DNA of 64,000 nucleotides. Origin: Callorhinchus milii (lineage: Eukaryota). Below the pieces are notes generated by a model. It searched no databases. It was not told the DNA's origin and saw only the letters and a list, made by a program, of their open reading frames with translations. This document shows, piece by piece, positions 14,228-28,287 of the stretch; the first letter of the stretch is position 1, and every line of letters begins with the position of its first letter. The stretch is taken from positions 77,564,001 through 77,628,000 of the forward strand of contig NW_024704742.1 in NCBI RefSeq assembly GCF_018977255.1, given 5' to 3'. The translations under genes and the position numbers were made by a program.

Positions 14228-14546
14228 TAATAATAATAATAATAATCCTTGCATTTGATACAGCACTTTTCACGTCGGGAGGACATCCCAAAGTGCTTCA
14301 CAGAACACACTGTAAAGTGAATTGACTGTATATATGTGGGCAAACACGGCAGCCAATTGCGCACAGCAATGTCCCACAAACAGTCGTAGATTGAAAATGA
14401 CCAATTTATTATTGTTTTTGGTTTTGGAGGGATTATTATCAGGCGTGTAGAGTAAGGAAACTTGCCCAAGGTTTTGCGCTGCCTGGAATTGAACTCAGGT
14501 TTCTCGCTTGCAAAGCGAGTGCTCTAACCACTGAGCTACAGGACTC
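14228..14546 (-). mobile_element. tRNA-Ala SINE, full length
   Basis: Reverse-complement match to 28581-28902. Confidence 0.92.
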
Positions 14547-16675
14547 CAGTAAATAAAATATCAGATGTATCATTGGAACAAACTTACTTGCACTGCTTTC
14601 TCAATGAGTGACCTGGTACCTGATTAAAAGTCACTGTTGCTCTTAGCCAGCGATGTGGTAGCTGTGTTGATTGTTGCAGCCCTATTTCTGAGTTCTATTG
14701 TGCCTATGCATCAGCACTTCAGTCTCTATAACGCAATCTTTTTAAAAAATTCGTCATTGATGTGAAAATCATCAACAACTTGCATTTATATAGTGCCCTT
14801 CACGTGTGTAAGCATCTCAGGGTGCTTAAAAAAAACTTGAACATGCTGACATCTGGATGCATCATTATCCTAAATGGGAAGATTGACTTGCATCTGAATC
14901 CATCCAGAATTGGGTGTTTCAAATTTCTAGGCACTTTGGAGCTGAATCCAGGTTTTCCCAGCTGACATGAGTATAGCACGGAAAGCTGCCTCTCAAATTC
15001 AGGATTTGTTGGCACAATTTATCATACTTAGAAAAGTCACAGGAGCAAATGGTTTCAGAAATAATAAAATGCTAATGTCTAGATGCTGAGCTGTTTAAGG
15101 GACGCTCTTCTAAAGTAAAGATTGAGACATACCATCAGAACACATTGGTAGACAATGTATGTTTCAGCTGCTGTGTGTTATATCTGAGCTGAGAGTTCTT
15201 TATGGTGTTGCAGAGTACAGCATGCTTAAAATTCCCAATATATATATTGCTTTCACACCTCTACTTAATGAGCTCAAAGAGACTCAAAAAATGTGCAATG
15301 TGATAATTTTTTGTGCTTCTTTGCACACATGTCAAATAACAATTTTTTTGCAATCTCCACAGTTCAGTTGGTAGCACCCTGTGCTATAAGGTTGCGGGTT
15401 CAAACCCCATGTTGAGTCTTGAGTCTAGGCTGACACTCTATCTAATGCAGTCCTAGGGGAGCACGGAGATTCTACCTTTGATATGAGATGTTAAACTAAA
15501 GTCTTGCATGTTTGTTCAGCTGAACATTAAAGATACCATGGCAGTAATTGAATGGAGAAATGAGCCCTGCCTCGTGTCTTGGCTAACAATCCTACTGATT
15601 AATTGGTCATTCACCTCATGGTTCTTCATGGGACCTTACTGGCACAATTGTGTTTGTGTGTTTGCTGTGTGTTTGCCTCAGGTTCACTGCGCTTGACAGT
15701 AATTACTTGTGAAATTCTTGAAACATTTTGACATTTTTACGCACTAGAAGAATACAAGTTATGTCCCAAGCTTTCTGACAACGAGGATACTACTTTGAAC
15801 AGAAATCATCAAAATAAACCCCGGCAGAGCGTTGCTGCAACATTTTTAGTTCTCTTAAATAACACTTTTGGAAACTTCTATTGCTTTAGAAACTATTGGC
15901 AGCACTGAGTACAATTTAAAAATAATATTTCATTAACACATTGAATACATTTTGTTTTGGCTCTTTGCATGGATGAGAGCGACACAAGAATAAAAATCAC
16001 TTTTTTTCACACAGAATTAAAATCTAAAATAATATTATACTCATGCAACCCTCTTGGCTGTACAGTCAGAAATCAAATGTTTCCTTAGCGGAATCTTATT
16101 CATTTATTGGGATTTTGCTTTAGGGAAAATAAGATTGAAGAATTAGCAGATATATAGTTATTTTGACATTGATAAATATCTTTTGAATATTTTTTCTTTC
16201 CAGTACATCTTGGAACAATTTTGTATTGCTGTATGGAAAACACTCAATGGAATGCAATCATTTGGTGACCAGCGACTGCATTTATTGAAGCACTGTTAAA
16301 AAGAACCTAATTGGGTGAAACATGTGATTGATGATTATCACGGATGGCTTTATAAAATGATCCCAAACAAGCACTGAATACGCCAGGATCTGTCAGGCAG
16401 CATGATCATCCAGGCTGACTTCAATTCAGTGATTAGGAGTTCTGTGTTGTCAGAGGTCCCATCTGCCCGTTCAGGTAGACATTAAAAATCCCTTGTCACT
16501 ACTTGAAAAGAGGAGTTTTTCCTGGTGTCCTGGCCAACAATCCTCCAAATAAAATTGGTCACTCATTTCATAGCTGTTTGTGGGATATTGCTGGGTGCAA
16601 ATTGGCTGCTGTATTTGCTTACAAAATACACAGTCACTATACTTTACAATATATCCTGTGAAGCGCATCGAGTTC

Positions 16676-16915
16676 TCCTCCTGATATGAAAGGCACTGTA
16701 TTAAATATAAGAATTATTATTAATAATAATAAATGTTAAAACACAGATTGTTGCATTGTGCTTCTACTAAATGAAGGAACATGGTTGACATTTTGACCTT
16801 CATTTGGAAATTTACCATTTGAATGTTGGCTTTAAATAATGTAATAATTGCTTTATTTGAAGTAAATGCAAATGTATCCAATGCTCCATCTGATATCATC
16901 AGCTCTTGGTACAAT
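16676..16915. repeat. Inverted duplicate of 25483-25735
   Basis: For example, ATCTGATATCATCAGCTCTTGGTACAAT here versus ATTGTACCAAGAGCTGATGATATCAGAT at 25483. Confidence 0.88.
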
Positions 16916-17149
16916 GTATTTAATATCACTCACTTCATAGTTGTTTGTGGGATATTGTTCTGTGCACTTTACTAATATCCTGTGAAGCGCAACAAAGCGA
17001 TAAGATACTATGTCAAATGCAGTGATTATCCTTATTGTATCATAGGCATTAGTAGTTGGCCGATGAGCTGCAGCATATTCTATAGCAATTTATCATGTCA
17101 AAATGTTAGAGTGCTTCACAGAGATATCCGTAGTGACTATGTATTTAAA

Positions 17150-17630
17150 GGGACAGAGTGAAAGAACACTTGGACAAATATGAGCTAATCAAAGAGAGTC
17201 AGCATGGATTTGTGAAGAGTAGGTCATGTCTGACAAAACTATTTAATTTTTTGAGGAGGTCACTAACATGATGGATAAGACAGTGTCTTTGGAAGTTGTC
17301 TACATGGATTTCCAGAAGGCATTTGATAAGGTTCCACACAAGAGGTTATTAGCAAAAATAGAAGCACATGGAATCATTTAGGAGTGAAATTAGGAGGCAG
17401 TTTTTCACCCAAAGGATAGTAGAAATCTGGAACTCTCTCCCCAAAAGGTTGTGGATGCTGGATCCATTCAAATGTTCAAGAAGGAGATAGATAAATATCG
17501 GTTAGGTCAGGGTATTAAGGGATACGGGGCAAGGGTGTGTAACTGGACTTGACGTACAGATCAACCATGATCTTGTAAATTGGTGGAAAAGGCTCAAGGG
17601 GCTGAATAACCTATTCATGTTTCTATGTCT
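17150..17630 (+). mobile_element. CR1 fragment with 3' end
   Basis: SQHGFVKSRSCLT and YMDFQKAFDKVPH, followed by a CR1-like 3' UTR. Confidence 0.85.
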
Positions 17631-17789
17631 GTGTATCTAAAGGTAAATTGTAACAAAAGGGAAGGGAGTTGTTTCTCCTCAGCAATTATTAACTGGAATA
17701 TCTGCAGTCCTGATAATTGTTAGTGGTGAGAGGGAGTAAGAGGGAGAGACGATGAGAGGAGGATGGGGGGAAGAGGAGGAGGAAATCTG

Positions 17790-18015
17790 TCTCCCTCACT
17801 GCTGCTCCTTACTGCTCTCCCTCCCTCACTGCTCTCCCTCCCTCACTACTCTCCCTCCCTCACTGCTCTCCCTCCCTCACTGCTCTCCCTTGCTGCTCTC
17901 CCTCCCTCACTGCTCTTCTTCCCTCTCTCGCAGGTCTCCTTCCCTCTCTCGTTGCTGTCCCTCCGTCTCTGCTATCCCTTGCTCATTGCTCTCCCTCCCT
18001 CACTGCATTCCCTCG
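17790..18015. repeat. Pyrimidine-rich minisatellite (~17-nt unit CTCCCTCCCTCACTGCT)
   Basis: Tandem degenerate copies visible directly. Confidence 0.9.
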
Positions 18016-18729
18016 CCGTTGTGCCATGGCATTGGCCACTACTTGCCTTGATAAATATACAAATACATAAATCCCTAAACGTTCGATATTTCACCCACAA
18101 ATATACAGTCAATTCACTTTACAGTGTATTCTGTGAAGTGCTTTGAGGCATCTAGAAGACGTGAAAAGCGATATACCAAATGCAAAGATTATTATTATTA
18201 TATTTTGTGTCAGCCAGGTGTCTGAAACATGTGGAAATCCATTACCGCAGTATGCAAACCAGATTGAGAGTTTCATGCATGACAACTACACATGGAAATT
18301 TCCCTGAATCTTGAATGAAATATGCTCTCTCTTCCTGGAGGAATGTTCCCGTCTTACCTAACTCCAGAGAATATTAGGTGAGGATTGGAAGGAGCATTGT
18401 ATACAGTAGGGTATTGCTCAGCTAAAACTGCATAGTTTGCCATAACAATGTGCACTGCTTATCCAGCTTGGACCACCTTACCCATTAGGGAAGTCATTCA
18501 GTCCATGTGTTTATGCTGGCATTAGCACCCCTTAATGGAGCTATTTCCTCGACCTCTATTCCTTTCCTGATCTTTCCCTGTATCCTTTATTCATTTTTCT
18601 AAATATTTAGCCAATTACCTTGTAAACTCTGTTTTAGTAACCATAATGTTGAAGAGACTCTTTTCAGGAAAATTGAGGATTTCATATACAGACTTGTGTT
18701 TTCCCAATTAATGTTTTCATCAACCCCAA

Positions 18730-19046
18730 TAAATAATAACAATAACAATCCTTGCATTTGACATAACGCTTTACACGTCTTCTCAATGTCTCAAAGCGCT
18801 TCATGGAAGCTGTAAAGTGAATTGACTGTATATTTGTGGGTGAAACACGGCAGCTAATTGCACACAGCAGTGTCCCACTGACAGTCGTGGATTGAAGTGA
18901 CCAATTTCATTATTTTTTTTCTTTCTTGAGGGATTATTATCAGGCGTGTGGGTAAAGAAAGTTGCTCAAGGTTTCGCCCTGCCAGAAATCGAACCCAGGT
19001 CTCTTGCTGGCGAGGCAAGTGCTCTAACCATTGAGCTACAAGACTC
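18730..19046 (-). mobile_element. tRNA-Ala SINE, full length
   Basis: Reverse-complement match, more diverged. Confidence 0.9.
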
Positions 19047-20689
19047 CCAATAAAGACAATAAACATCAGAAAAGAGTAGTTTGAAGAAAATAACATAACC
19101 ACTTTTTCTTTCTACAACGTTTGTTTGATAAAAGGCTTCTGGTATGGTTTGACCCAAACCACCACATGCAAACCAAACTGCATGGGTTATCTAAAAGGCT
19201 GTAAGGGGTTCCAAGGAAAGACTGCTAAGCTGCTTCTCTCATGGTTTATGACATGATTGAATCCCTATCAAGTTGAAGTCATTGCTTTTTAATCACTCCC
19301 AGGTACCTATGTATAGCATATACAAGAATATCAGGATTCAATAAAATGACATTTTATGAAAAGATTGGTTTTCCATCACAAATACAATGCAATTTATATT
19401 TATGTAGTGCCTTTCACATCAGGAGAACATCTCACAGGCTGTGGATTTTATTTTCTCTGAACTTTCTGGCATACTGATAATTATTTTTGTGTAATTTGAA
19501 GTTGTAGAGCGAATCTCAACATGAACAGTGACAGACATAGGATAAAAACATTGGGATTGGTAGAGGAAGGAATGAAGTCAAATGGCCAAACTCTACTGTT
19601 GTACAGTGAACACTAAACTAGCGATCTTTTAAGTATGAAATTCTAATAATTGCAATTAATACAGTGCCTGTAACGTTGAAATGTCTCAAAAAGTGTTTTA
19701 CAGTAACGTTAAAGTGTAGTAACTGTATTGAATACTAAAATAAAATAAATGTATAATTTTGCAATGATTTTCCCTAATAAAGATACAGTGAAAAGAACAC
19801 AATTTTTAAGCGATTGGCATAAAACAACCATTGCAATGACAGAGATAGATCAAAAATCTTACTGATAACAAAATGAGACAGACGCCTTGTGAAAGAAGAC
19901 CTGGAAAAATGTGAAATGTTTCAAACAGTATCTGGAGCCCTCCAGTGGCTCAGTGGGCAAATGCACTGTGTGGTCCTTGCAGACCAGGAGGGTCCCAGCT
20001 GCTGACTTGACCGGTCTTAATCAGAAGTTTTGATGAAGGTGATATTGGCTTTGATAGAGTCAATAGAGGAAAAAATATTTCTAACGGTCAGTGAGTCAGT
20101 GATTGGAGGGTATCAATTTATGACACTTAGAAAAGGGGAGATCAGCAGAATTTTTTTTATAAATGGAGTGTTGTCAGGAGTACTATGGGGTACTGTGGTC
20201 AAGACAGAATATCTATTATGTTTCAAAAGGGAACTCAATTGATTTAAAAAAGGAATAACTTGCAGGGACATGTGGAAAAGGCAGGTCCATGGGACTTAAT
20301 GGATTCTGCTTTCAAAGAGCCAGTGCAGACACGATGGGCTGAATGACCTTCTTCTGTAGCTGTAAGCTTTTATGGTTCTTGGGAATTACAATTGGTCTCT
20401 GCGATTCCTGAATCAGAAAGGTACAACATTTGTCAGCAATCCTGATGTGATTATCATCTTGTGACCTCTGATGGAAGGGTGTATGTTTGGATGCTCCAAT
20501 AAAGATGTGGCAGACTGAGATGTGATTTTTTTTGCCCCCTCTCGTCACAACTGAATTGCCATCTGGCACTGACTGCCCAGGTTCACACGCGAAAATGCTT
20601 ACTTGTGTGAGACACCGAAGGGAACATCACCCCAGCATGAGTCACAACCTTTGAGTGGGCAATGATAAGAGTACATATTTGGAGAAGAA

Positions 20690-21280
20690 CATCCTATGGA
20701 AAAAGAGAGCTGCATGCATCAGTACTGTAATGAATTTGCTAAGCAAAAGAGTGTCTGGGCTGATCACTGGCAAATGAAGTTCAATAGAGATAAATGCAGG
20801 AAACTGCAAAAAAGAAGTAAAAAGAGCAATCAATGTGCTCTATGGATAGATAGAACTTCTCAAAAGGGAAATTTAAAGATTCCCAAGGGTGTTAGTTGAC
20901 TCATTGCTCATCATGTTCAAACAGTAAGAGGCAGCAATAAAAAAAGTCAAACAGGATGCAATGCAACATTGTTAAATCAATTAAGGGCAGATCCCCACAA
21001 GTCATGCTCAAGCTGTACAGTGCTCTGGTCAGGCCTCACCTGGAATGCTGCATACGGTTCTGGTAATGGCAATTTAAGGGGGCCTCATATACCCTGGAGC
21101 CAGTGCAGAGGGGAGCAGTGAGATTGTTCTCCAGTGCTAAGAGGGATGAATTATGAGAAATGATTAGATAAGCTATGGCTCTTCAGCTTTGAAAGGTGAA
21201 ACATTTCAGAAGGGGCTTTATAAAGGTATATAAGATATTTCACATGTTAAAGCAAGTGAACTTGGAATAATATTTCCAAC
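20690..21280 (+). mobile_element. CR1 fragment (resumes ~21965-22130)
   Basis: WADHWQMKFNRDKC and LYSALVRPHLECC. Confidence 0.75.
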
Positions 21281-21960
21281 TAGATCTTGGCAGCAGGATT
21301 GGAGGGCTCAGGTACAGCTTTGGGAAGGATGATTCTAGGACAGACACCAGGAGCCAGCTGGTAACATCCTTCAGTGGGAGGATGAAGATTTAAGTGGAGT
21401 GTCCTTGAAGCTGGCTTGGTTTGGCAAGGGAATGTTAGAATCAAGTCAACCCTCTGTGATATTCTTAGTAGTCCGGTTTCTGAGCCAGGTGGCTCAGCAG
21501 TATTCCAGGGCACTGCTGCTGACAGACCAGCCAGCCTGGCTCTTCAGCAAGACTTTGGGGAGTGGGGGCACACTGGTCACTGGGGGTAAGGATTATTCAA
21601 GTTCGGCTTCAGTTAACCCTGCAAGCCAAAATGCTAATAGGTTGGATAATTCTAGCTGGACTAGCATCGGGAAGCTTGTCAGACAGTGCTATCAATAGTA
21701 AGCTATGCAGTTTTAATTGGTTAAACTTCGTCAGTTCCCCAATTGATTCTTTGGCTTCGCGCTTACTAACATGCATCTAACAGTCTCTAGACTTAGGAAA
21801 GCAGGCTGCATCCCTCCACAGAAAGAATTCGCATTCCATTCTATGGGAAATTTTCATTACTTAAGTGATATAGATGGAACTCTCAATCTGGTTTGGAAAC
21901 TCTTAAGCACGATGATGGGTTTCCGCATGGGTCTGACACCTGGCTGACCAAAAGAAACAC
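21280..21960 (-). repeat. Unclassified ancient coding-derived interspersed repeat
   Basis: Homologous pieces at ~790-1060, 1860-2330, 8240-8860 and 29300-29560 (-) and 62340-62580 (+). They share the peptides (V/A)ISSALEYxGxxWL(R/K) and LRVPxMYATxTWK. Confidence 0.6.
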
Positions 21961-24586
21961 TAGAAAGAATTTATTTTCAGAAAATAAACCACTAAAACTG
22001 GTTACCAGAAAGGGTTGTAGAGGTTATTTAGGAAATAGGTTCATGCTGTAAAGGTAGGTGGGTATTCTGGAAGGATGAGATTTAATGGGACAAAGGGCCT
22101 TCTTCATCTGTACCCTTCTTATGATCTTGCATTGAATACTGTGTTAAGTTTGCCTGATACATAGCATGTTTTGTGGTGTTCCAAATCCTCTTGAGCATGT
22201 TACAGGGTAGTGCTATTATTAGTTCTTTCTGTTGAAGTGGAAACTAGACTGGTATTAGAATTAGATAAGCAGCATTCCACAGTGGAAGGAGATTTTCTCA
22301 GTGTTTGAGTCAGCCGAACAATTCTATGATTCTGTATAGAAGTAGTTAAGAAAAAAGGACCAGCATACAAATAATGCATTTGGAAAGACTCTTACGAATA
22401 TGTTAATCAGGATGATCATGTAGTTACAGATAGATGTGCTAGTTTTTATGAGCCTCAGTGTCCTGCTGTTACACCAGTTATTTATTACTGTTGACTTGCT
22501 GCATTAACTGCTGTAATTTCTTAATTAAATCTTGCTAAAGGCAACTCATTGGAAAGTCAATTTGTCAGCCCTTGCTCTACCAGAGAATAACTCATCAACA
22601 CTCCTGGTTCTTTGGTTTCACCAATCATTTCTTTTGTGACTTCTCATAAAAAGTTACTGTGAAATTTGCAATCAAATTGCAGCTTTCTAAGATCCATAGG
22701 NTTTTTTTGTGGATTTCAGAGGAATCCAGATATGGCAGGAAATTGAAAATTCCTTTTCTTTGTGTTAATGTTTACCCGGACTGATTTAAAATGTCCAATG
22801 GGATTTTCAATGTTGTTTGAAATACTTATCATCCATGATTCATGTTCTAAGTGGGTCATGAGCAACATTCCATGAGACACAATGGCTTTAGGGCCTGGGT
22901 CGGGAGGAAATCTTGTATGTGGAGGAAAACTGGTCAGATTTGAATGGTGGAGATGTAGGGATGGATAAAAATTCAAGAGATGTCACTGGATTATCTTTTG
23001 AAAACTAAGAGTCTCTATGCAGAGCTTTGTCCCTCCCAGGATAGGGTGGCAAGAGATAGATTCCATGAAAAAGTAGGCTTTCCATGGACTTACAAGAAAA
23101 TGTGCACAAGGCTGTGCACAATACACAAACTGGTGGACAAAAGGCTTCTATATATTGCAATTTCTTTTGAGTCCATGCATGTTGTGTTGAACATGAGATT
23201 GTCTACAGTGGAACATATTATAGCAGCTTAGGGACTTCCCAAACAGATGCTCTCACAGCTGCTATCAAGCAAATGGGTTCCTATAACCAAAGAGCCATCA
23301 CAGCTGGTTTTGAAAATCTTGTGAACAGGTTGCAGTGAACCATCAGGGTTTTGGAACCAGAATGGAGAGATACCAGCTGTGAGAGTACTTCAGGGATCTC
23401 ACAGTTGCAGAATGATTTGCCCTCAGGCAACCCATTGCCACCCATAGGCAGATTGCCTCTACCTGTGCCAGGTGCAGGGCATTATTACTCAAACCGGTAG
23501 TTTTGCTTTCCATGGTAAAATGTCCTGGGCATATAGTGCGGGGATTGAAGGCAATGACTCCATTAAGGAGTATCCTGGCTCCCATTCTCCATTCCTACAA
23601 CTCAGGATACTTTCCCCAATTGAAGTCAAATCCCTCAAGCAGGAGTAATGTTAATAGAAGAAGAACATAGAAAGCACAAAGGCATTTACAATTACAGTGA
23701 GAATACAATTTAAGTGGGAAGATCATCAGGAATACACATTAGGCACAAAGTATGAATACAATAAATTCACATTGCAATATCAATAATGTGGTGTCTGCAC
23801 ATTTCATTGTTCTACCTTTCTATAAATATAGACGTAATGTGCTACTGATGGGGGGGGATAGTTGTAAATTTGCAAATATGGATAAGATGCCAGATGTCAT
23901 ACATTGACTGAATGTTACTGGGAAAGGTGTCAACTTGGTGTCACTCTTGCCTCCGAGTCAGAAGGTTGTGGGTTCAATCCCCACATCAGGACTTGGAATC
24001 ATATAGTCTGAGCTAACTCTCCGATGCATTGCTGGGAGTGTGTTGCATTGTTGGAGGTACCTTACTTTGGATGAGACTTTAAACCACATCAATGTGATAA
24101 GGCGCTACATCAAATGCAAGGATTACTTTTATTACTGAAAGGGAAACATTGGTTCCTTACAAGCAATCTTGGCATGTTTTTGATGCTCATTGGATGCTCA
24201 GGGTTGCTGCAAGCCTTGAGTCGTACTGTGCAAGATGCAGCCTTGCTGTAGAATCTTCAATATCCTGGCCAGCTCCTCTGCAATGGTGCAGATATTGATT
24301 GTTGTTTCAGTACATGAATAATGTGTTTAGTGATGCTCGTTGGCTAGGTATGCCTCCTCTTACTACTACAGCCTATAAATTCATGACTAGTAGACAACAC
24401 CCATATTCTTGATCCCTCAAACACCACCCTGAATACATGGAATTGTTCAGCACAAAGGGGACACCCACTGAGCCAGGATATGTGAATTGAATTGCATCAC
24501 ATTTTGGCATTCATTACTTAGCAGCTGCACATTGATGGTTGCAAAAGAAGTTTGCATGTCTGTAAGTCATACCTACTCTCTGTGAC

Positions 24587-24587
<1 letters not shown>

Positions 24588-24618
<31 letters not shown>

Positions 24619-24921
24619 CCTTGCATTTGATATAGCACTTTTCATGTCTTCTAGATGTCCCAAAGCGCTTCACAGAATATACTGTAAAGTGAATTGACTG
24701 TATATTTGTGGGCGAACGCGGCAGCCAATTGCGCACAGCAATGCCCCACAAATGGTCGTAGATTGAAAATGACCAATTTATTATTGTTTTTGGTTTTGGA
24801 GGGATTATTATTAGGCTCTGTGTGGAGTAAGGAAACTTGCCCAAGGTTTCGCCCTGCCGGGAATTGAACTCAGGTCTCTCACTTGCAAAGTGAGTGCTCT
24901 AACCACTGAGCTACAGGACTC
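24588..24921 (-). mobile_element. tRNA-Ala SINE, full length
   Basis: Reverse-complement match. Confidence 0.92.
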
Positions 24922-25761
24922 CACATTCAGATAAGAGAGTGTTATTCTACAGACTGTACCTCCTTTGCATCCCTTTCCTCTGATAACACATTTGCTGAAG
25001 CAATTAGAGTGAACGGCATACGCAAAACAACAGTCTGTGAAACCTCTGCCCAAAGTTGCTGTACGTCCTGCCTACTCAAACTATGTGTGTTAATTCGCAG
25101 AGGCTTCAGAAACTTATAAGTTTCTCTTTTTAATGAGATCCCAGCACCATAACTTAATTATTTTAATAAACTGTTATTTGGAGTTCAACGGGCTGGGGAA
25201 AAACTGCAACATCTAGTTACAAAGAGTTGGTTTCACTGAAATCTGACTTTGTTCTTGTGAGTAGTCATGAGTAAATAATACGAATAGGGAAAAGAAGCAC
25301 CCCCCATACACACATACACACACACAAATCACAAATATTTTCTTAATGCATTCTCATAATAGGGTGCATACCAACAAAACAAATGTAGATGTACTGGGAA
25401 AATACATTTAAAAAAACTTAGTTTGCAGCAAAGATTTTATCATGATCTGATTATAAGCAAATTCCTGATTTGCCAAGAGCTGATTGTACCAAGAGCTGAT
25501 GATATCAGATGGATCATTGGATACATTTGAATTTACGTCAAATACAGCAATTTCAATTTACGTTATTTAAGGCCAACATTCAAATGTTACATTTCCAAAT
25601 ACAGGTCAGAATGTCAACCATGTTCCTTCATTTATCAGAAGCACAGTACATCTGTCTGTGGTTTAACTTTTATTATTACTATTGTTAATAATGATAATTC
25701 TTACATTGGATGCAGTGCTTTTCATATCAGAAGGACAATATATCCTTCATAGCATATATTG

Positions 25762-26500
25762 GCACTGAGCTGGTTTGGAACTTTGGCATCTTCTTTGACC
25801 ATCAACTGTCCCTTCTCCTCCACATCCGTGCCATAACCCACTCTGCCTTACCCCACCTCTGCAACATTGCCCGGCTCCACCACTGCCTCAGCCCTCAGGC
25901 CGCCGAAACCTTTGTCCATGCATTCTTCACATTGAGGCTCAACTAAGCCAATGCCCTGCTTGTTGGCCTTCCTTACTCTTCCCTCCAAAAGCTGCAGATC
26001 ATAAGAACTCTGGAGCTTGTGTCCTCTCCCGCACCAGGCTCCGTGACCCCATCGCATCCACCCTCGCTCGGCTCCACTGGCTCCGCATCCCCAGAGGATA
26101 GAGTTAAAATCCTTGTCCTCACCTTCAAGGCCCTCCACAGCCTTGCCCCTCCCTACCTCTGCAACCTGCTGACCCAATATCAACCTCTCCGCTCCCTCCG
26201 CTCAGCAGGCTCTGGCCTGCTCGATGTCCCCTGCCCGGCCCACCCCACCATCAGCGGTCGGGCCTTCAGCCTTTCTGTCCCCACCCTATGGAACTCCATC
26301 CCATATTTCCTTCACCTCGCCTCCTCCCTTGCCTCCTTCAAGGCATGTCTCAAAACCCTCCTCTTCGACCGAGTCTTTGGTCACCCTCCACCTTCCCCGA
26401 TCCCAACTCCCAGCTCGGGTCTAGATCCCTGACTGTCCAGTGCCTTGGGACGTCCTCCCGACATGAAAGGCGCTATACAAATGTAATTTTGTATTGTATT
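25762..26500 (+). mobile_element. L2 LINE 3' fragment
   Basis: KILVLTFKALHSLAPPYLCNLL...PTLWNSIP with the L2 3' tail. Confidence 0.93.
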
Positions 26501-26589
26501 GTGTAGCAAACGCAGCAGCCAATTTGCACACAGCAATGTCCAATATACAGCCATGAAGCCAGAGCCAGAGAGACCTGGGAGTTCACGTA

Positions 26590-27060
26590 CACAGGTCTTT
26601 GAAGGTGATAGGACAGGTTGATAGATCTGTTTAAAAAAACATATGGGATCCTTGGCTTTATAAATATACACCTGAAGTATATAAGCAAGGAAGATCTGCT
26701 AAACCTTTATAATTCACTGATAATTCAGCTGGAGTATTGTGTCCAATTCTGGGCACCACACTTTAGGAAGGATATCAAGGCCTTCGAGAGGATGCAGAAG
26801 AGATTTACCAGAATGGTACCAGGGATTAGGGACTTTAGTTATGTGGAAAAACTAGACAAGCTGTGATTATTCTCCTTAGAGCAGAGAAGGTTAAGGAGAA
26901 ATTTAATAGAGATGTTCAAAGTTATGAGGGGATTTGATGGAGTAGATAGGGAGAAACTGTTTCCACTGGCAGGTGGGTCCACAATCAGGGGACATAGTTT
27001 TAAGATAATTGACAAGAGAACCAGAGGGGAGATGAGAAGAATTTGTTTCACTCAGAGAGT
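26590..27060 (+). mobile_element. CR1 fragment
   Basis: LEYCVQFWAPHFRKDIKAFERMQKRFTRMVPG. Confidence 0.88.
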
Positions 27061-28287
27061 TGGCACCTGAGCTGGGATAAAAGTTACTGGGAATGGCCAA
27101 GTTCTGTCCACAAGGACGTTATCATTTTAGTATAGGGTTAGGCACTTCCAAACTCTGAGGGAATGAACTGGACCAAATTTGGACTTAAATGGGAATTATC
27201 CTCTTTTGCTCCTTTTTGTTTTTGTATGGAACATACAGGATTCCGCAGAAACTCCATTCTACTTTTTTTGCCTCGTCAATCAAATAAGCATAATTTCTGG
27301 TTTATTTCCTTTCCCGATATCTTCGTTTAACCAAACTTAAAATAACCAAATTAGAATAACATTGTGCAAGACTGTGATGTAATACAACCCACCCATGGCA
27401 TGATTTATTATTCAATGGAGATCTTTTCGCATTCTGCCTTTCTGTTTATTAAAAAGGAAAAAAAAATCCAGCTGAATCCAACATTAACATATGGGCAACA
27501 GGTAACAATTCTGGGATGCCAAATGCTTTATACCAAGCTTAAGTTAAAGTAAAATAGGATAAAGCATTCATTGTTTGGTTGTTGAAATTGGGATCTGGTT
27601 TAAATAAATACTGAACAATTCATTATTCATAAACCACATAATTTTAGTTGAAGTCTGAAGTAAGTCAACACTGAAAGTTAACACCCACCAGTGTTTGAAG
27701 AGCAATACAAGAGCTGATGACAAAACATGTGTTTGTTGGTTTCGCTGTTGTTAATCTGAACTGGTGCAAATAAAATGCTGAACCTCAAAATTGTGAGAAA
27801 TGAAATGATTCAGAATGTTAACTTTCCAAACTCTGTCCACAGAGAGGAAACAACAACAGATAACTGGATGTTTGTCCAGCGACTTGATGGTGGGGGGGAA
27901 TGGGATGGGGGAGTTGAAATAAGGGGTAAGCGAATGAGGTTTATAGCTAAGAATCTGTGAATGTCCAGTAAATGTAAAGCATTAGCCTGCTACCATTAGA
28001 TGTTCCCTCCCCCCACCTCCCCACTCCAACATTGTCAGCTGCGCTTTCAGCCACTATGCTCCGAAATTTCCTACATCGATTTCTCCATCTTCCTCCCTCT
28101 CTGCTAGTCTTCAAATCACACCTGAAGACTTTCCTCTTCGAACGTGCTTTCGGTCAAAGCCACTCTCTTTCCAGCTTGGGGTGAAATCACACTGCTGTTA
28201 AGTATGTGAGATGCTACCCACAAGAATGGTACTATATCAATGCAAATTGTTGTTGAATACTTGCACACCAGTAAACTTGGTGAGATA

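Noticed and set aside
16204..16299. Terminal coding exon YILEQFCIAVWK...
   Set aside because: Good acceptor, but no recognisable protein or partner exons.
17790..18015. CRISPR-like array or Leu/Pro-rich ORFs
   Set aside because: A simple minisatellite without unique spacers, in eukaryotic DNA.
22701..22701. Single N base
   Set aside because: Assembly ambiguity, not biology.
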